From assembly GCA_000505065.1 (NCBI GenBank), contig AWSN01000001.1, forward strand, positions 626,577 through 690,576: a stretch of 64,000 nt of DNA. The letters run 5' to 3'. Origin of the DNA: Parcubacteria bacterium RAAC4_OD1_1. Its GTDB lineage: Bacteria; Patescibacteriota; Minisyncoccia; Phycocordibacterales; UBA9973. Position numbers and translations under genes: made by a program. Below, piece by piece: positions 37,141 through 47,573 of the stretch (its first letter is position 1; every line of letters begins with the position of its first letter). The notes under the pieces are model-generated. The model did no database searches. It saw only the letters and a program-made list of their open reading frames with translations, and was not told the DNA's origin.

Positions 37141-40020
37141 ATGTCTAAAACAATTTCTAAGAAAAATAAATTATTAAAATTTATAGGAGTATCACTTATG
37201 ATTCTTCTCTTTGGTTCTTATATTTCTATTGGAGCTACTGACAGGGTCAATCCATATCAAGCAGGGGAGACATTGGACCCATTAGATTGTTTTCCTACAG
37301 AAGTAAATTGTATTGTAGATCTAACTTTTACAGAAACAGATCCCATTGTTGGAGCATTAAATGGTTTAATTAAATCAAACGGAACAGGCACCATTAGTTC
37401 TGTTGTTTCAGGGACAGATATAAAGACGATAAATGGAAGTTCATTACTTGGGAGTGGGGATATAGCTACATCTTCATATACATTTGGAAATGGATTAACT
37501 GAAACAGGAGGAGTTGTTAAACTAGGAGGAGATTTAGATGTAGGTATAACAGTTTTGGGAGGGTATCCTAATGTTGAAATTGGCCTTGAAAATGAAGCTG
37601 ATTATGCAAATGTTTATTTTGATGCAGGTCCCTTAGGGAATAGGTCATATTTATATTTAGAGGGATCAGATACTTCGGCATATTCTTCATTATCTACAAG
37701 AGGTAATAATAGTTCTGCATTTTATTCTTCTTTAGATTTAGAAGCACAAGAATGGACCCCAGGAACAACTAAACAAACTTTTGATTTATATGCACAAAAC
37801 AACACCTCAGGGTTTAATAGAGTGGATATATATGGCTCAGCTCAAACAACAGGTGGGGTAGATAGTAGGTTATTAAAATTTGAAATTAAATCATTAGCGA
37901 ATACTTTAACTATAACTGTTCCAGACGTAAGTGTTGTTTCTGGAAGTAAATATTTACCACTTTCTGTAAATGGTAACTATGCAGATGCAACAGGAAATAT
38001 AACAGTTACTGGTGGAGCCACGAGCATTGATGGATTGAGTGATGGTATTAATGATTTATCAAATATTTATTTAGGTACAAATTCTGGAACTCTTGATGAT
38101 GGGGGAGATAATCAAAACGTTGCAGTTGGTAATGGTGCCCTACAAGCAAATACTTCTGGTGGTTGGAATGTTGCTGTAGGCTATCAAGCTCTTAAGGTAA
38201 ATGTTGGGGGTTGGCAAAATGTAGCTATTGGACATTCTGCACTAGATGCAAGCGTTAGTGCTGATTTTAATATTGCAATAGGTAATTATGCTTTAACTTC
38301 AACTACTACAGGAGAAGACAATACATCGGTTGGTTATAATTCTATGTCTGCTAACACTACGGGTCAATTCAATACTGCTAATGGTTCAGGAGCTTTGATA
38401 TCAAATACTACTGGAAATTACAATACTTCTTTAGGCTATAGATCTTTATTAAATAATACAACTGGAGCAAACAATGTAGCAATCGGAAGTAATTCTCTTT
38501 CTAGTAACAGAACTGGAAGTAAGGGTATAGCAATAGGTTCTGATGCTATGTTTTATGCAAACAGTACATTAACTGCTTGGACAAATGCAAATATTGCTAT
38601 TGGTTATCAATCTATGCGTGGTTCAACAACTGCAGCAAATAATACAGGTAATAATAATACTGCCTTAGGTTATCAATCATTGTATTCATATACTTCAGGT
38701 GGGGATAATGCTGCATTAGGATATTTATCTTTATATTCAAATACAACAGGAACCGGAAATGTTTCAATTGGTTCATATACGGCATATACTAATTCAACAG
38801 GTATTAATAATACTGCACTAGGTTCACAAGCTTTATATATGAATACCAGTGGTGGTTATAACACAGCTACAGGGTATGCAACTCTTTCTTCTAATACTAC
38901 GGGAAGTAGAAATACGGCTGATGGTTTTCAAGCTCTTCGTTTTAACACAACAGGTACTTACAATACAGCATTAGGATATGAAGCAGGGAATTATATTTCA
39001 GGAGGGGTGACTCAAAATTTAACATCCGATTATTCAATCTATATTGGAACTAGTTCAAAAGCTTTAGCTGATGATGGTCAAAACGAAATTGTCATCGGCT
39101 ACAACGCAATCGGCCGAGGTAGCAACACTGCTCAGTGGGGAAATACATCTATGACCAATCACTACTTCTCAGGTAATATACAATTTAGTAGTTACGGAGC
39201 AGGTAGTTTAACCACAGATGCAAGTGGGAACATCACAGCTTCATCTGATGAAAATCTAAAGAATATACAAGGAGACTTCAATAACAACAATACCGCTCTA
39301 GAAATAATCAAATTAATCAATCCAATACTCTATACATGGAAAGATGAAACCGGATTCGATACAGAAACAATCTATGCAGGATTTAGTGCTCAAAATATAC
39401 AATTAGTAATACCTGAAGCAGTAGGTATTGATCCAAAAGGTTATCTCACTTTATCTGATCGTCCTATACTTGCTACTGTTATTAATGCTATCCAAGAGCT
39501 TGATTTAAAAGTAGAAGAAATGAGAGTAATATCTTCTGTTAATTTGAGTGAAATATTATCTCAGTTTGGAGATAGTGTATTATTAAAAATTGAAAATGGA
39601 ATTGCTTATTTGAAAGATGTTGCAGTTGAAACTTTGAGAGTAGGAAGTAGAGAAAGAAGGACTGGTATCATTTTATATGATGAAGAAACTGGGGATCCAT
39701 ATTGTCTATCTATTGCAAACGGAGAGCAGAAAATAGTAGCGGGTGAGTGTTCTATTTTTGAAGATGAAGTTTTTGAAGAAACTGTAGAAATAAAAACAAA
39801 TCCAACCCCAACCCCAACCCCAACCCCAACCCCAACTTCACCAGCACCAGAAATACCTAATTTAGAAACATCACCAGAGCCTACACCAACACCAACACCA
39901 ACACCTACACCTACACCAACACCAACACCCGAACCCGAACCAACGCCAGAACCAACACCAACACCAACACCAACACCAGAAGTAGTTTTACCACAAGATT
40001 TGAATGAACCACAAATATAA
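37141..40020 (+). CDS. phage-tail-fibre-like surface protein with C-terminal intramolecular chaperone (peptidase S74-type) auto-processing domain and Thr-Pro tail
   Basis: Signal peptide. Long N-T-x-x-G-x-x-A-L-type fibre repeats. [10 protein letters not shown]...[22 protein letters not shown]...[15 protein letters not shown]...[12 protein letters not shown] matches the Ser/Lys-dyad chaperone domain of tail fibres and endosialidases. Then a coiled coil and (TP)n. Confidence 0.55.
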   Translation: MSKTISKKNKLLKFIGVSLMILLFGSYISIGATDRVNPYQAGETLDPLDCFPTEVNCIVDLTFTETDPIVGALNGLIKSNGTGTISSVVSGTDIKTINGSSLLGSGDIATSSYTFGNGLTETGGVVKLGGDLDVGITVLGGYPNVEIGLENEADYANVYFDAGPLGNRSYLYLEGSDTSAYSSLSTRGNNSSAFYSSLDLEAQEWTPGTTKQTFDLYAQNNTSGFNRVDIYGSAQTTGGVDSRLLKFEIKSLANTLTITVPDVSVVSGSKYLPLSVNGNYADATGNITVTGGATSIDGLSDGINDLSNIYLGTNSGTLDDGGDNQNVAVGNGALQANTSGGWNVAVGYQALKVNVGGWQNVAIGHSALDASVSADFNIAIGNYALTSTTTGEDNTSVGYNSMSANTTGQFNTANGSGALISNTTGNYNTSLGYRSLLNNTTGANNVAIGSNSLSSNRTGSKGIAIGSDAMFYANSTLTAWTNANIAIGYQSMRGSTTAANNTGNNNTALGYQSLYSYTSGGDNAALGYLSLYSNTTGTGNVSIGSYTAYTNSTGINNTALGSQALYMNTSGGYNTATGYATLSSNTTGSRNTADGFQALRFNTTGTYNTALGYEAGNYISGGVTQNLTSDYSIYIGTSSKALADDGQNEIVIGYNAIGRGSNTAQWGNTSMTNHYFSGNIQFSSYGAGSLTTDASGNITASSDENLKNIQGDFNNNNTALEIIKLINPILYTWKDETGFDTETIYAGFSAQNIQLVIPEAVGIDPKGYLTLSDRPILATVINAIQELDLKVEEMRVISSVNLSEILSQFGDSVLLKIENGIAYLKDVAVETLRVGSRERRTGIILYDEETGDPYCLSIANGEQKIVAGECSIFEDEVFEETVEIKTNPTPTPTPTPTPTSPAPEIPNLETSPEPTPTPTPTPTPTPTPTPEPEPTPEPTPTPTPTPEVVLPQDLNEPQI
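39800..39985 (+). repeat. in-frame hexanucleotide tandem repeats (CCAACC / ACACCA) encoding (Thr-Pro)n
   Basis: ccaaccccaaccccaaccccaaccccaac followed by acaccaacaccaacacc...acctacacctacacc runs inside the 3' end of the gene. Confidence 0.7.
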
Positions 40021-40032
40021 ATTAAAATTTAA

Positions 40033-40066
40033 AGCCCCGGCCTTCGGCCGGGGCTACTTTTTTAAA
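40033..40066 (+). terminator. intrinsic terminator
   Basis: GCCCCGGCC-ttcg-GGCCGGGGC then TACTTTTTT. Confidence 0.6.
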
Positions 40067-40116
40067 ACTATAAAAAATGCTACAATAAAAATATATTAGT
40101 TAATTTTTTCCTAAAT

Positions 40117-40629
40117 ATGCAAAATCAAAAAGGAAATATAGGGATTGTGATTTTTTCTATTATAATCGTTGGTTTTATATTTTTTCTTACTTTTTCTTTA
40201 ATAAAGAATTTAAATAGTAAAAATATTTCTACTTTAAATACTCAAATAAAAAATCAAGAAACAGAAAATACGATCAAACAGGAAGATTCTACAATCTCTT
40301 CAAATAAAATGGAAGATACAAACAATATTGAAAAAGTTTCTAAGGTTGGAGATACATTAATTATGAATTACACAGGTCGACTTACAGATGGTACAGTTTT
40401 TGATTCCAATGTTGATCCTAAATTTAATCATGTTACACCTTTTGAATTTACTTTAGGTGCAGGTCAGGTTATAAAAGGTTGGGATGAAGGGTTGATTGGG
40501 GTGAAGGTTGGAGAAAAGAAAACTTTAACAATTTCTTCAGATAAAGCTTATGGCGATCGTGGTATTCCTGGTGTTATTCCGGGTGGCGCTACTCTTGTGT
40601 TTGATGTTGAATTGATTGGAATTAAATAA
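40117..40629 (+). CDS. FKBP-type peptidyl-prolyl cis-trans isomerase, membrane anchored
   Basis: GDTLIMNYTGRLTDGTVFDSN...FEFTLGAGQVIKGWDEGLIGVKVGEKK...LVFDVELIGI. Confidence 0.75.
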   Translation: MQNQKGNIGIVIFSIIIVGFIFFLTFSLIKNLNSKNISTLNTQIKNQETENTIKQEDSTISSNKMEDTNNIEKVSKVGDTLIMNYTGRLTDGTVFDSNVDPKFNHVTPFEFTLGAGQVIKGWDEGLIGVKVGEKKTLTISSDKAYGDRGIPGVIPGGATLVFDVELIGIK

Positions 40630-40635
40630 TAATTT

Positions 40636-42180
40636 ATGAAAAGCAAATTAAATAAATTTAAAGAATTTTTAAAAAGGATAATTAAAAAGAAAAGAACCTG
40701 GGCAATTTTAGTTTTGATACTTTTAATTGTTGTTCCTCTAATATTAAAGCCTTCAAGTAGTTCTAAAAATACAGTCACAGAGATTTTGGTCAAAAGTGAT
40801 TTGAAAGAGACTGTTCTTGCGACAGGGCAAGTTATTTCAAATACAGATCTTGATTTATCTTTTGGTACAAATGGTATAGTTAAATCGATTGATGTAAAAG
40901 TTGGGGATAAGGTAGTGGCTGGTCAAACCCTTGCTAAATTAAATGGTACCAAAGAGCTTGCTTCACTTAATCAAGCCAGAGGGTCACTTCTTGCTGCTAA
41001 TGCAAAACTTAAAAAGGTTTTAGATGGTGGGGAAGTAGAGCTCGCGCGTTTGGCTCTTGAGATTTCTAAAAAAGATTATGAAAATGTAAAAAGAATTCAA
41101 GATACATTAGTTAACAATGCTTATAAAAATCTACTTAATTCATCTGTTGAGGCTTATCCATATGATGGGGATGATGATGAATCAGGGCCCATTATAAGTG
41201 GTACATATAATCTAGGCAAAGAAGGAAGTATCTATATTAGTTTTTATTATAGTTCAGGTGGTACAAGTTTTAATGCCACTGGTCTTACAACTGGTCCTGG
41301 TTCTACAAGCACAGAGAATCCTCAGCCTATTGGAGATTCTGGGCTCTATATTCTTTTTCCAGAAGAAGATTATTATTCATCGAGTGATTGGGTGATAGAA
41401 ATTCCAAATAAAAAAGGAGCTACTTATCTTACAAATCTAAATGCTTATGAATCAGCTTTAAAGAACAGAGATCAAGCTTTGTCTCAAGCAGAATCACTTG
41501 TTTCTCAAAAAGAAACAGAGCTTAAAATCAAAGAAATTTCAAATTCATCTTCAGATATAGATTTAGCTAGAGCAGAAATTCTTTCAGCAGAAGGTTTGGT
41601 GGGGCAAGCAGAAAGTGTTTACAACGATACTTTGATCAAAGCTCCTGTTGGTGGAACTGTCACGAGTATAGATATCAAAATAGGTGAGCTAGCCCAAGCT
41701 CAAAAAGAGGCGATCGTCATCGAAGACGTTTCAAATGTTTACATAGAAGCAAATGTAAATGAAGCAAACATTGCAAGTATTACTAAGGGTTTACCTGTTG
41801 ATATTACTTTTGATGCATTTGGTAGTGATAGAATTTTTAAAGGTTTAGTGACAGAGATAGATCCATCTTCGACATTAGTTTCAGGTGTTGTAAATTATAA
41901 AATTACGACAAGTGTCGAACAACTTGAAGAGATTCGCCCAGGTATGACAGCAAATATGACTATAAAAATTAGTGAGAAGGCACACGTGTTGTCTATTCCA
42001 AGACGTGCGATAATCACCAAGGATGATGGCACTCAAGTTGTAAGGAAAATAATTAATTCAAAAAATAAAAAATTTAAAGAGGTTAATATTACGACAGGGC
42101 TAGAGGGTGATGGTGGAATGGTTGAAATTTTAAACGGACTTTCTTTGGGAGATGAATATGTAGTACTCATTAAAAAATAA
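40636..42180 (+). CDS. periplasmic adaptor subunit (HlyD/MacA family) of an ABC efflux system
   Basis: N-terminal TM, biotinyl/lipoyl-like hairpin (VKVGDKVVAGQTLAKL), coiled-coil, C-terminal beta-barrel (KAPVGGTVTSIDIKIGE). Confidence 0.6.
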   Translation: MKSKLNKFKEFLKRIIKKKRTWAILVLILLIVVPLILKPSSSSKNTVTEILVKSDLKETVLATGQVISNTDLDLSFGTNGIVKSIDVKVGDKVVAGQTLAKLNGTKELASLNQARGSLLAANAKLKKVLDGGEVELARLALEISKKDYENVKRIQDTLVNNAYKNLLNSSVEAYPYDGDDDESGPIISGTYNLGKEGSIYISFYYSSGGTSFNATGLTTGPGSTSTENPQPIGDSGLYILFPEEDYYSSSDWVIEIPNKKGATYLTNLNAYESALKNRDQALSQAESLVSQKETELKIKEISNSSSDIDLARAEILSAEGLVGQAESVYNDTLIKAPVGGTVTSIDIKIGELAQAQKEAIVIEDVSNVYIEANVNEANIASITKGLPVDITFDAFGSDRIFKGLVTEIDPSSTLVSGVVNYKITTSVEQLEEIRPGMTANMTIKISEKAHVLSIPRRAIITKDDGTQVVRKIINSKNKKFKEVNITTGLEGDGGMVEILNGLSLGDEYVVLIKK

Positions 42181-42192
42181 TATTTACTAAGA

Positions 42193-42912
42193 ATGTTGAT
42201 AGAACTAAAAGATATAGTTAAAAATTATGTAAATGGAGATGTTGTCACTCGTGTTCTTCATGGGGTTAATTTGAAAGTGGACGAAGGTGAATTCTTGGCT
42301 ATTATGGGTCCATCTGGTTCTGGTAAATCTACCCTTATGCATATCATAGGCTTTTTAGATCGTTCGACTGCTGGTTCTTATTATTTTGACGGGGAGGATA
42401 CTTCTTCTTTTGATGACAATGATCTTGCCAATATAAGAAATGAAAGGATTGGTTTTGTGTTTCAATCTTTTAATCTTTTGCCTCGTACTTCTGTGCTCGA
42501 TAATGTAGCTCTCCCTCTTATGTATAGTAAAGTAAAAACTGGACATGAACATAAAGCCAAACTCGCACTTGAAGCTGTCGGTCTTGGAGAAAGACTTCAT
42601 CATATGAGCAATCAGATTTCAGGTGGTCAAAAGCAACGTGTAGCGATTGCTCGTGCTTTAGTTTGTGATCCAAGAGTTATCTTTGCAGATGAGCCGACTG
42701 GTAATCTTGATTCTAAAAGTGGAGCGACCGTTATGCATATACTTGAAAAGTTAAACAAAGAAGGTAGAACTATAATATTAGTCACTCATGATCTTGATGT
42801 AGCACTTCATGCAGACAGAATCGTCACCATCAAAGATGGACAGATTGTTTCAGACAAAAAAGTTCCAGATGGAGAACGACTTCATTCAAAAGAAGTTAAA
42901 GATGAAGAATAA
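42193..42912 (+). CDS. ABC transporter ATP-binding protein (MacB/LolD-like)
   Basis: [35 protein letters not shown]. Confidence 0.85.
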   Translation: MLIELKDIVKNYVNGDVVTRVLHGVNLKVDEGEFLAIMGPSGSGKSTLMHIIGFLDRSTAGSYYFDGEDTSSFDDNDLANIRNERIGFVFQSFNLLPRTSVLDNVALPLMYSKVKTGHEHKAKLALEAVGLGERLHHMSNQISGGQKQRVAIARALVCDPRVIFADEPTGNLDSKSGATVMHILEKLNKEGRTIILVTHDLDVALHADRIVTIKDGQIVSDKKVPDGERLHSKEVKDEE

Positions 42913-44177
42913 TGGATAATTTTATAAAAGAAATTAAAATTACGATAAAAGATTTATTAAGCAGGAAGGGTAGATCTTTTTTAACTATACTCGGTATAAT
43001 TATCGGTGTATCTGGTGTGATTGTTATCATCTCTTTAGGTGCTGGAGCACAGTCTTTAGTCTTAGGACAAATCACTAAGCTCGGCACAAACTTAGTTGGA
43101 GTTCTTCCTGGTAAAAGTGATTCCAAAGGTCCGCCTGCTTCAGTCTTTGGTGTACAAATTAAAACTTTAGTAAATAGAGATTTAGAAGCCATAAAAGATA
43201 AAAATAAAGTTCCCAATGCTACTGCTGTGTCTGCTTTTGTTAGTGGAAACACCACCATAATATATGGTAAAGAAAGTGTGGACACTTCTTTTTCTGCGAC
43301 AGATGGTAAATATCCTTCGGTTCAAAATGTTGAAATGTCTAAAGGTGAATTTTTTACCGAAGAAGATGCTGATGGTGGAGCCAATGTTATTGTTTTAGGT
43401 TATGATGTCGCTACTTCACTTTTTCCAAACGGGGGAGAGATAGGAAAGGTAGTTAAATTAAAATCTGGTAATAATGATTCCGGGGGTATACCCTTTAGAG
43501 TTATTGGTGTTCAAAAGAAGATGGGAACTGTAGCATTTCAAAATCAAGATGACCAAGTTTTTATTCCATTTTCTATTGGGCAAAGGCAGATTTTAGGAAT
43601 TGATTATATTCAATTTATTAGAGTCAAAGTAGATTCTGCAGAAAATGTGAAGGGGACAATGGATGACATTACTCGAGTTTTAAGAGAAGAGCATAATATA
43701 AAAAATGAAAGTGATGATGATTTTTCAGTTAGAGATTTGGCTGATGCCATAAAGCTTTTAACTGGTATCACAGATACTCTTAGAATATTTTTAGGTCTTA
43801 TGGCTTCCATTTCTCTTGTTGTTGGTGGTATTGGTATTATGAATATTATGCTTGTGACTGTTTCTGAAAGAACAAAAGAAATTGGACTTAGGAAAGCTAT
43901 CGGAGCAACATCAAAAAAGATTAAACACCAATTTCTTTTAGAAGCTATCATTCTTACTGTTACAGGTGGAATACTTGGTATTATTTTAGGTATTTTAGTG
44001 TCTTATGTTATAGCTCTCGGTGCGCGTTTTGCGGGGTATGACTGGGAATTTATTATTTCACCCTTGTCTATTATTTTGGCTGTAGGTGTTTCTGTTTTTA
44101 CGGGTATTGTTTTCGGTATTTATCCAGCTATTAAAGCTTCAAAATTAGATCCGATTGAAGCTTTACGATACGAATAA
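42912..44177 (+). CDS. ABC transporter permease, FtsX/MacB-type
   Basis: One N-terminal TM, a large periplasmic domain and three C-terminal TMs; 1-nt overlap with the ATPase stop. Confidence 0.7.
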   Translation: MDNFIKEIKITIKDLLSRKGRSFLTILGIIIGVSGVIVIISLGAGAQSLVLGQITKLGTNLVGVLPGKSDSKGPPASVFGVQIKTLVNRDLEAIKDKNKVPNATAVSAFVSGNTTIIYGKESVDTSFSATDGKYPSVQNVEMSKGEFFTEEDADGGANVIVLGYDVATSLFPNGGEIGKVVKLKSGNNDSGGIPFRVIGVQKKMGTVAFQNQDDQVFIPFSIGQRQILGIDYIQFIRVKVDSAENVKGTMDDITRVLREEHNIKNESDDDFSVRDLADAIKLLTGITDTLRIFLGLMASISLVVGGIGIMNIMLVTVSERTKEIGLRKAIGATSKKIKHQFLLEAIILTVTGGILGIILGILVSYVIALGARFAGYDWEFIISPLSIILAVGVSVFTGIVFGIYPAIKASKLDPIEALRYE

Positions 44178-44188
44178 TTTTTTAAAAT

Positions 44189-45448
44189 ATGATTAAAAAT
44201 ATTTATATTAAACAATCAATAAAAGGTATTACTCGTAGCCCATCGAGAACTATTTTAACGACTCTTGGTATTATGATAGGTATCGGGACTGTTATTCTTG
44301 TGCTTTCAGCAGGGGAAGGATTTAAGAGTTATATAAATAGTCAAGTAGAAGCTTTTGGTTCTAATACAGTTTTTGTGGAGACTTCCGTTCCTTCTTCTAC
44401 TAAACAAAGATCAAATCAAAATGGTAATGAGCAGGCAAATAGTTCAGCTTCAAGTGCTGTCCCTATTACTACTCTTAAAAATAAAGATGTAAATGACATA
44501 AGGAAAATACCAAATGTTAAAAATGCTTACGGTGTTTCTGTTGATCAGCAAATAGTCACATATAAAAATTCTTCAGAGAATTCATTTATTTTTGGTTCGA
44601 ATGCTTCTCGTTTTGATATAGATAAGGGCGTGGTAGAATACGGCCGTCCTTACACCGAAGAAGAAGAACGATCTTTATCTCAAGTTGCAGTTTTAGGAAG
44701 TAGCATCAAAGATAGATTGTTTGGAAATGATAATCCACTTGGTAAAATGATTAGAGTTGGTAATTATAATTTTGAAGTCATTGGTGTTTATGAAGAACGA
44801 GGGGGTTTTGATGGTCAAGATGATCAAGTTTTTATACCAGTAACGACACTACAGAAAAAGATTCAAGGTATTGATTATCTTTTTTATGTTGTTGTAGAGC
44901 TTTATGATAATGACATTGCTGATGCTACAGCTTTAGATATCGAGGATGTATTAAGATCAAATCATTATATAGATGATCCATCCAAAGATGATTTCAAGGT
45001 CACAACTCAAGCTGGAAGTCTTGAGACTTTTGAAACTATATTAAAAGCAATTACTTTTCTTTTGATTGCTATCGCTTCTATTTCTTTAGTTGTTGGAGGT
45101 GTTGGTGTTATGAATATTATGTATGTGGTAGTCACGGAGAGAGTTGGCGAGGTTGGACTTAAAAAAGCTCTAGGTGCCAAGAATAGAGATATTCTTTTAG
45201 AATTTTTATATGAAGCAGTTCTTATAACTCTAATCGGGGGAGTAGTAGGTATTATAGGAGGGTCTTTTTTTGCTTTTATTGTTTCTAAAATTGCTAGTAG
45301 TTTTGGTATTACTTGGAAATTTATTGTTCCTTTTTGGGGAGTTATTCTTTCCGTATCTATTTCTATGATTATTGGTGTTATTTTTGGTGTTTTTCCAGCT
45401 AAAAATGCCGCTCGTTTAAATCCTATCGAAGCCTTAAATAAAGAATAA
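44189..45448 (+). CDS. ABC transporter permease, FtsX/MacB-type (second copy)
   Basis: Same architecture as 42912-44177 and about 35-40% identical to it by eye. Confidence 0.7.
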   Translation: MIKNIYIKQSIKGITRSPSRTILTTLGIMIGIGTVILVLSAGEGFKSYINSQVEAFGSNTVFVETSVPSSTKQRSNQNGNEQANSSASSAVPITTLKNKDVNDIRKIPNVKNAYGVSVDQQIVTYKNSSENSFIFGSNASRFDIDKGVVEYGRPYTEEEERSLSQVAVLGSSIKDRLFGNDNPLGKMIRVGNYNFEVIGVYEERGGFDGQDDQVFIPVTTLQKKIQGIDYLFYVVVELYDNDIADATALDIEDVLRSNHYIDDPSKDDFKVTTQAGSLETFETILKAITFLLIAIASISLVVGGVGVMNIMYVVVTERVGEVGLKKALGAKNRDILLEFLYEAVLITLIGGVVGIIGGSFFAFIVSKIASSFGITWKFIVPFWGVILSVSISMIIGVIFGVFPAKNAARLNPIEALNKE

Positions 45449-45483
45449 TTCTTCCCCCGCACCCCTTGCATAGGTCTGACCTA

Positions 45484-46306
45484 TGCAAAGGGTTGTTTTA
45501 TAAGGGTATTTTTCAATTTATTATGATTCGCATAGGTCAGACCTATGCGAAATTATTTTGTGGTGATAGAATAATAATATGTCCATTAGAGATAAAAATT
45601 TAGTATTAGATGAATATTATCATATATACAATAGGGGTAATGATAAAAAAGAAATATTTTTAGATGAAGAAGATTATGATCGTTTTACAAAACTTTTATA
45701 TGTTTGTAATTCAAAAAATAATTTTGTATTTAGAGATTCTGTTATACGGAATAAAATAAATGCCTTTGATTTTGAAAAAGGAGATCCTCTCGTTTCAATA
45801 CTTGGGTGGGTTTTAATGCCAAATCATTTTCACATCATTCTTGTTTCGCATAGGTCGGACTTGTGCAAGAATAATTATAATCCAATTACAGAATTTATGA
45901 GAAAAGTTTCTACTGCATATGTAATGTATTTTAATAAGAAATACAATAGAACAGGATCCTTATTTGAGGGAAAATTTAAATCAAAACATATTGCAGAAGA
46001 AAATTATTTTCATTACATATTTTCTTATGTACATTTAAATCCAATTAAATTAATACAAAAGGATTGGAAAGAAAAGGGGATTTCTGATAAAAATAAATCA
46101 CGGATTTTTTTAACAAACTATAAATACTCAAGTTTTCAAGATTATTTCGGAAAAGAGAGAAATATAGGTAAAATTCTTAATAAAGAAATGATTCCCGTAT
46201 ATTTAATTTTTAACAATATTGATGATCTTTTCAAACATATAAATCTATAATTTTATAGTTGCATAGGTCTGACCTATGCAAAGGGTTATTTTATAAGGGT
46301 ATTTTT
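45484..46306 (+). mobile_element. REP-associated tyrosine transposase (RAYT)-like unit with flanking palindromic repeats
   Basis: A 49-bp direct repeat, CTTGCATAGGTCTGACCTATGCAAAGGGTTRTTTTATAAGGGTATTTTT, occurs at 45484-45532 and 46257-46305. The palindrome GCATAGGTCnGACCTATGC occurs at 45487-45505, inverted at 45548-45568, at 46260-46278, and distantly at 62111-62129. Confidence 0.55.
45579..46250 (+). CDS. HuH Y1 transposase, IS200/IS605-like (RAYT-like)
   Basis: YHIYNRGNDKKEIF...LLGWVLMPNHFHIIL (the H-u-H motif) and a C-terminal YFHYIFSYVHLNPIK block typical of Y1 transposases. 223 aa. Confidence 0.55.
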   Translation: MSIRDKNLVLDEYYHIYNRGNDKKEIFLDEEDYDRFTKLLYVCNSKNNFVFRDSVIRNKINAFDFEKGDPLVSILGWVLMPNHFHIILVSHRSDLCKNNYNPITEFMRKVSTAYVMYFNKKYNRTGSLFEGKFKSKHIAEENYFHYIFSYVHLNPIKLIQKDWKEKGISDKNKSRIFLTNYKYSSFQDYFGKERNIGKILNKEMIPVYLIFNNIDDLFKHINL

Positions 46307-46446
46307 GTGTTTAGGAAAGTTATATTTTATGATATAATATAAAAGTAAAATCCACAGGAACCGCGGTCACGGATTTGTGGGGTATTATAAATTAAATTAA
46401 AAGCAGTTCGGTTGATTTTTTGATCATTGTCTGCTTTCTAAAATAG

Positions 46447-47235
46447 ATGGAAACATCATTATTAAATAATAAAAGAATAAATTGTGCAGTTTTGGTTTTG
46501 GTTGTAGTGATATCTTTGTTTTTTGTTACAAAAATAGTAAACGAAGTAAAAGAAAGTAAATACATCGGTCGTGATGTTTCTTCTATGAATACTATTTCTG
46601 TAAGTGGTGAAGGGGAAGTCCTTGCAGTTTCAGATATTGCAACTCTTTCTATGACTCTTAGTAAAGAAGCTCAAACTTCTAAAGAAGCTCAGACACTTTT
46701 AAATGAAGACGTCACAAAAGTTTTAACTTATTTGAAAGAAAAGAGTATAGAAGATAAAGATGTTAAATCAGAATACGGTGGTCTTACACCAAAATATTCT
46801 TATGAAAAATGTTATACCTATTCTTGCCCTAATAATGGAAAGATAACAGGATATACAGCTACTCAGACTATTTCTGTAAAGGTTCGTGAAGTAGATAATG
46901 CAAATGATATAAGAACAGGTCTTGCAGATCTTGGGGTGACAGATATAACTGGCCCTACATTTTCTATAGATGACGAAGAAGCATTTCAAGATGAAGCTCG
47001 TGCAAAAGCTATCGAAGATGCAAAAATAAAAGCAAAAGTTTTAGCTCTTGAGCTTGGAGTAAAACTTGGTAAAATAATAAGTTATAACGAAGGAGGAGAT
47101 TTTTATCGCCCTATGTACGAAAAAGCAATGATGGATGCAAGTGGAGTGTCAATGCTTTCTTCGGTTGCCCCAGTTCTTCCAAAAGGTGAAAATAAAGTAA
47201 CTTCAAATATTACAATTATTTACGAAATAAGATAA
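46447..47235 (+). CDS. SIMPL/DUF541 family periplasmic protein
   Basis: N-terminal TM; ISVSGEGEVLAVSDIATLSMTL and the later KVTSNITIIYEI are characteristic of SIMPL domain proteins. Confidence 0.55.
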   Translation: METSLLNNKRINCAVLVLVVVISLFFVTKIVNEVKESKYIGRDVSSMNTISVSGEGEVLAVSDIATLSMTLSKEAQTSKEAQTLLNEDVTKVLTYLKEKSIEDKDVKSEYGGLTPKYSYEKCYTYSCPNNGKITGYTATQTISVKVREVDNANDIRTGLADLGVTDITGPTFSIDDEEAFQDEARAKAIEDAKIKAKVLALELGVKLGKIISYNEGGDFYRPMYEKAMMDASGVSMLSSVAPVLPKGENKVTSNITIIYEIR

Positions 47236-47251
47236 ATACAAAGATTTTAAA

Positions 47252-47289
47252 AGAGCCCCAAGCCTTGCTTGGGGCTCTTTTGTTTTATT
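47252..47289 (+). terminator. intrinsic terminator with CCTTG loop
   Basis: AGAGCCCCAAG-ccttg-CTTGGGGCTCT then TTTGTTTTATT. Confidence 0.6.
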
Positions 47290-47364
47290 CTTGACTTTAC
47301 AAACTCAAAAGAGTATTATATAAGTATAGCCCTTCGGGGTTTTTTTATTAGAAAAAACATTTTT

Positions 47365-47553
47365 ATGAACAAAATAATTGAATTTTTTAAAGAGGTTATG
47401 GGTGAAGCTAAGAACATCACTTGGCCTACAAGAAAACAAGCCATATCTTCGACCATTTTGGTTATTGCTGTGTCAATCCTTGTGGCTTATTACTTAGGTT
47501 TCTTAGATAAAATATTTGCAAAAGTACTTCAATTTTTGCTTCTAAATTATTAA
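47365..47553 (+). CDS. secE: preprotein translocase subunit SecE
   Basis: MNKIIEFFKEVMGEAKNITWPTRKQA then one TM. Position directly upstream of nusG. The track's upstream start at 47269 was rejected. Confidence 0.55.
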   Translation: MNKIIEFFKEVMGEAKNITWPTRKQAISSTILVIAVSILVAYYLGFLDKIFAKVLQFLLLNY

Positions 47554-47573
47554 TTAAATAATTTTTTAAAAAT

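Noticed and set aside
39800-39985. Possible CRISPR array or other spacer-repeat structure. Also checked 54678-55597 and 61234-61871.
   Set aside because: Repeats are 6-9 bp tandem units without unique spacers; the 39.8 kb repeats are in-frame coding. No cas genes in the window.
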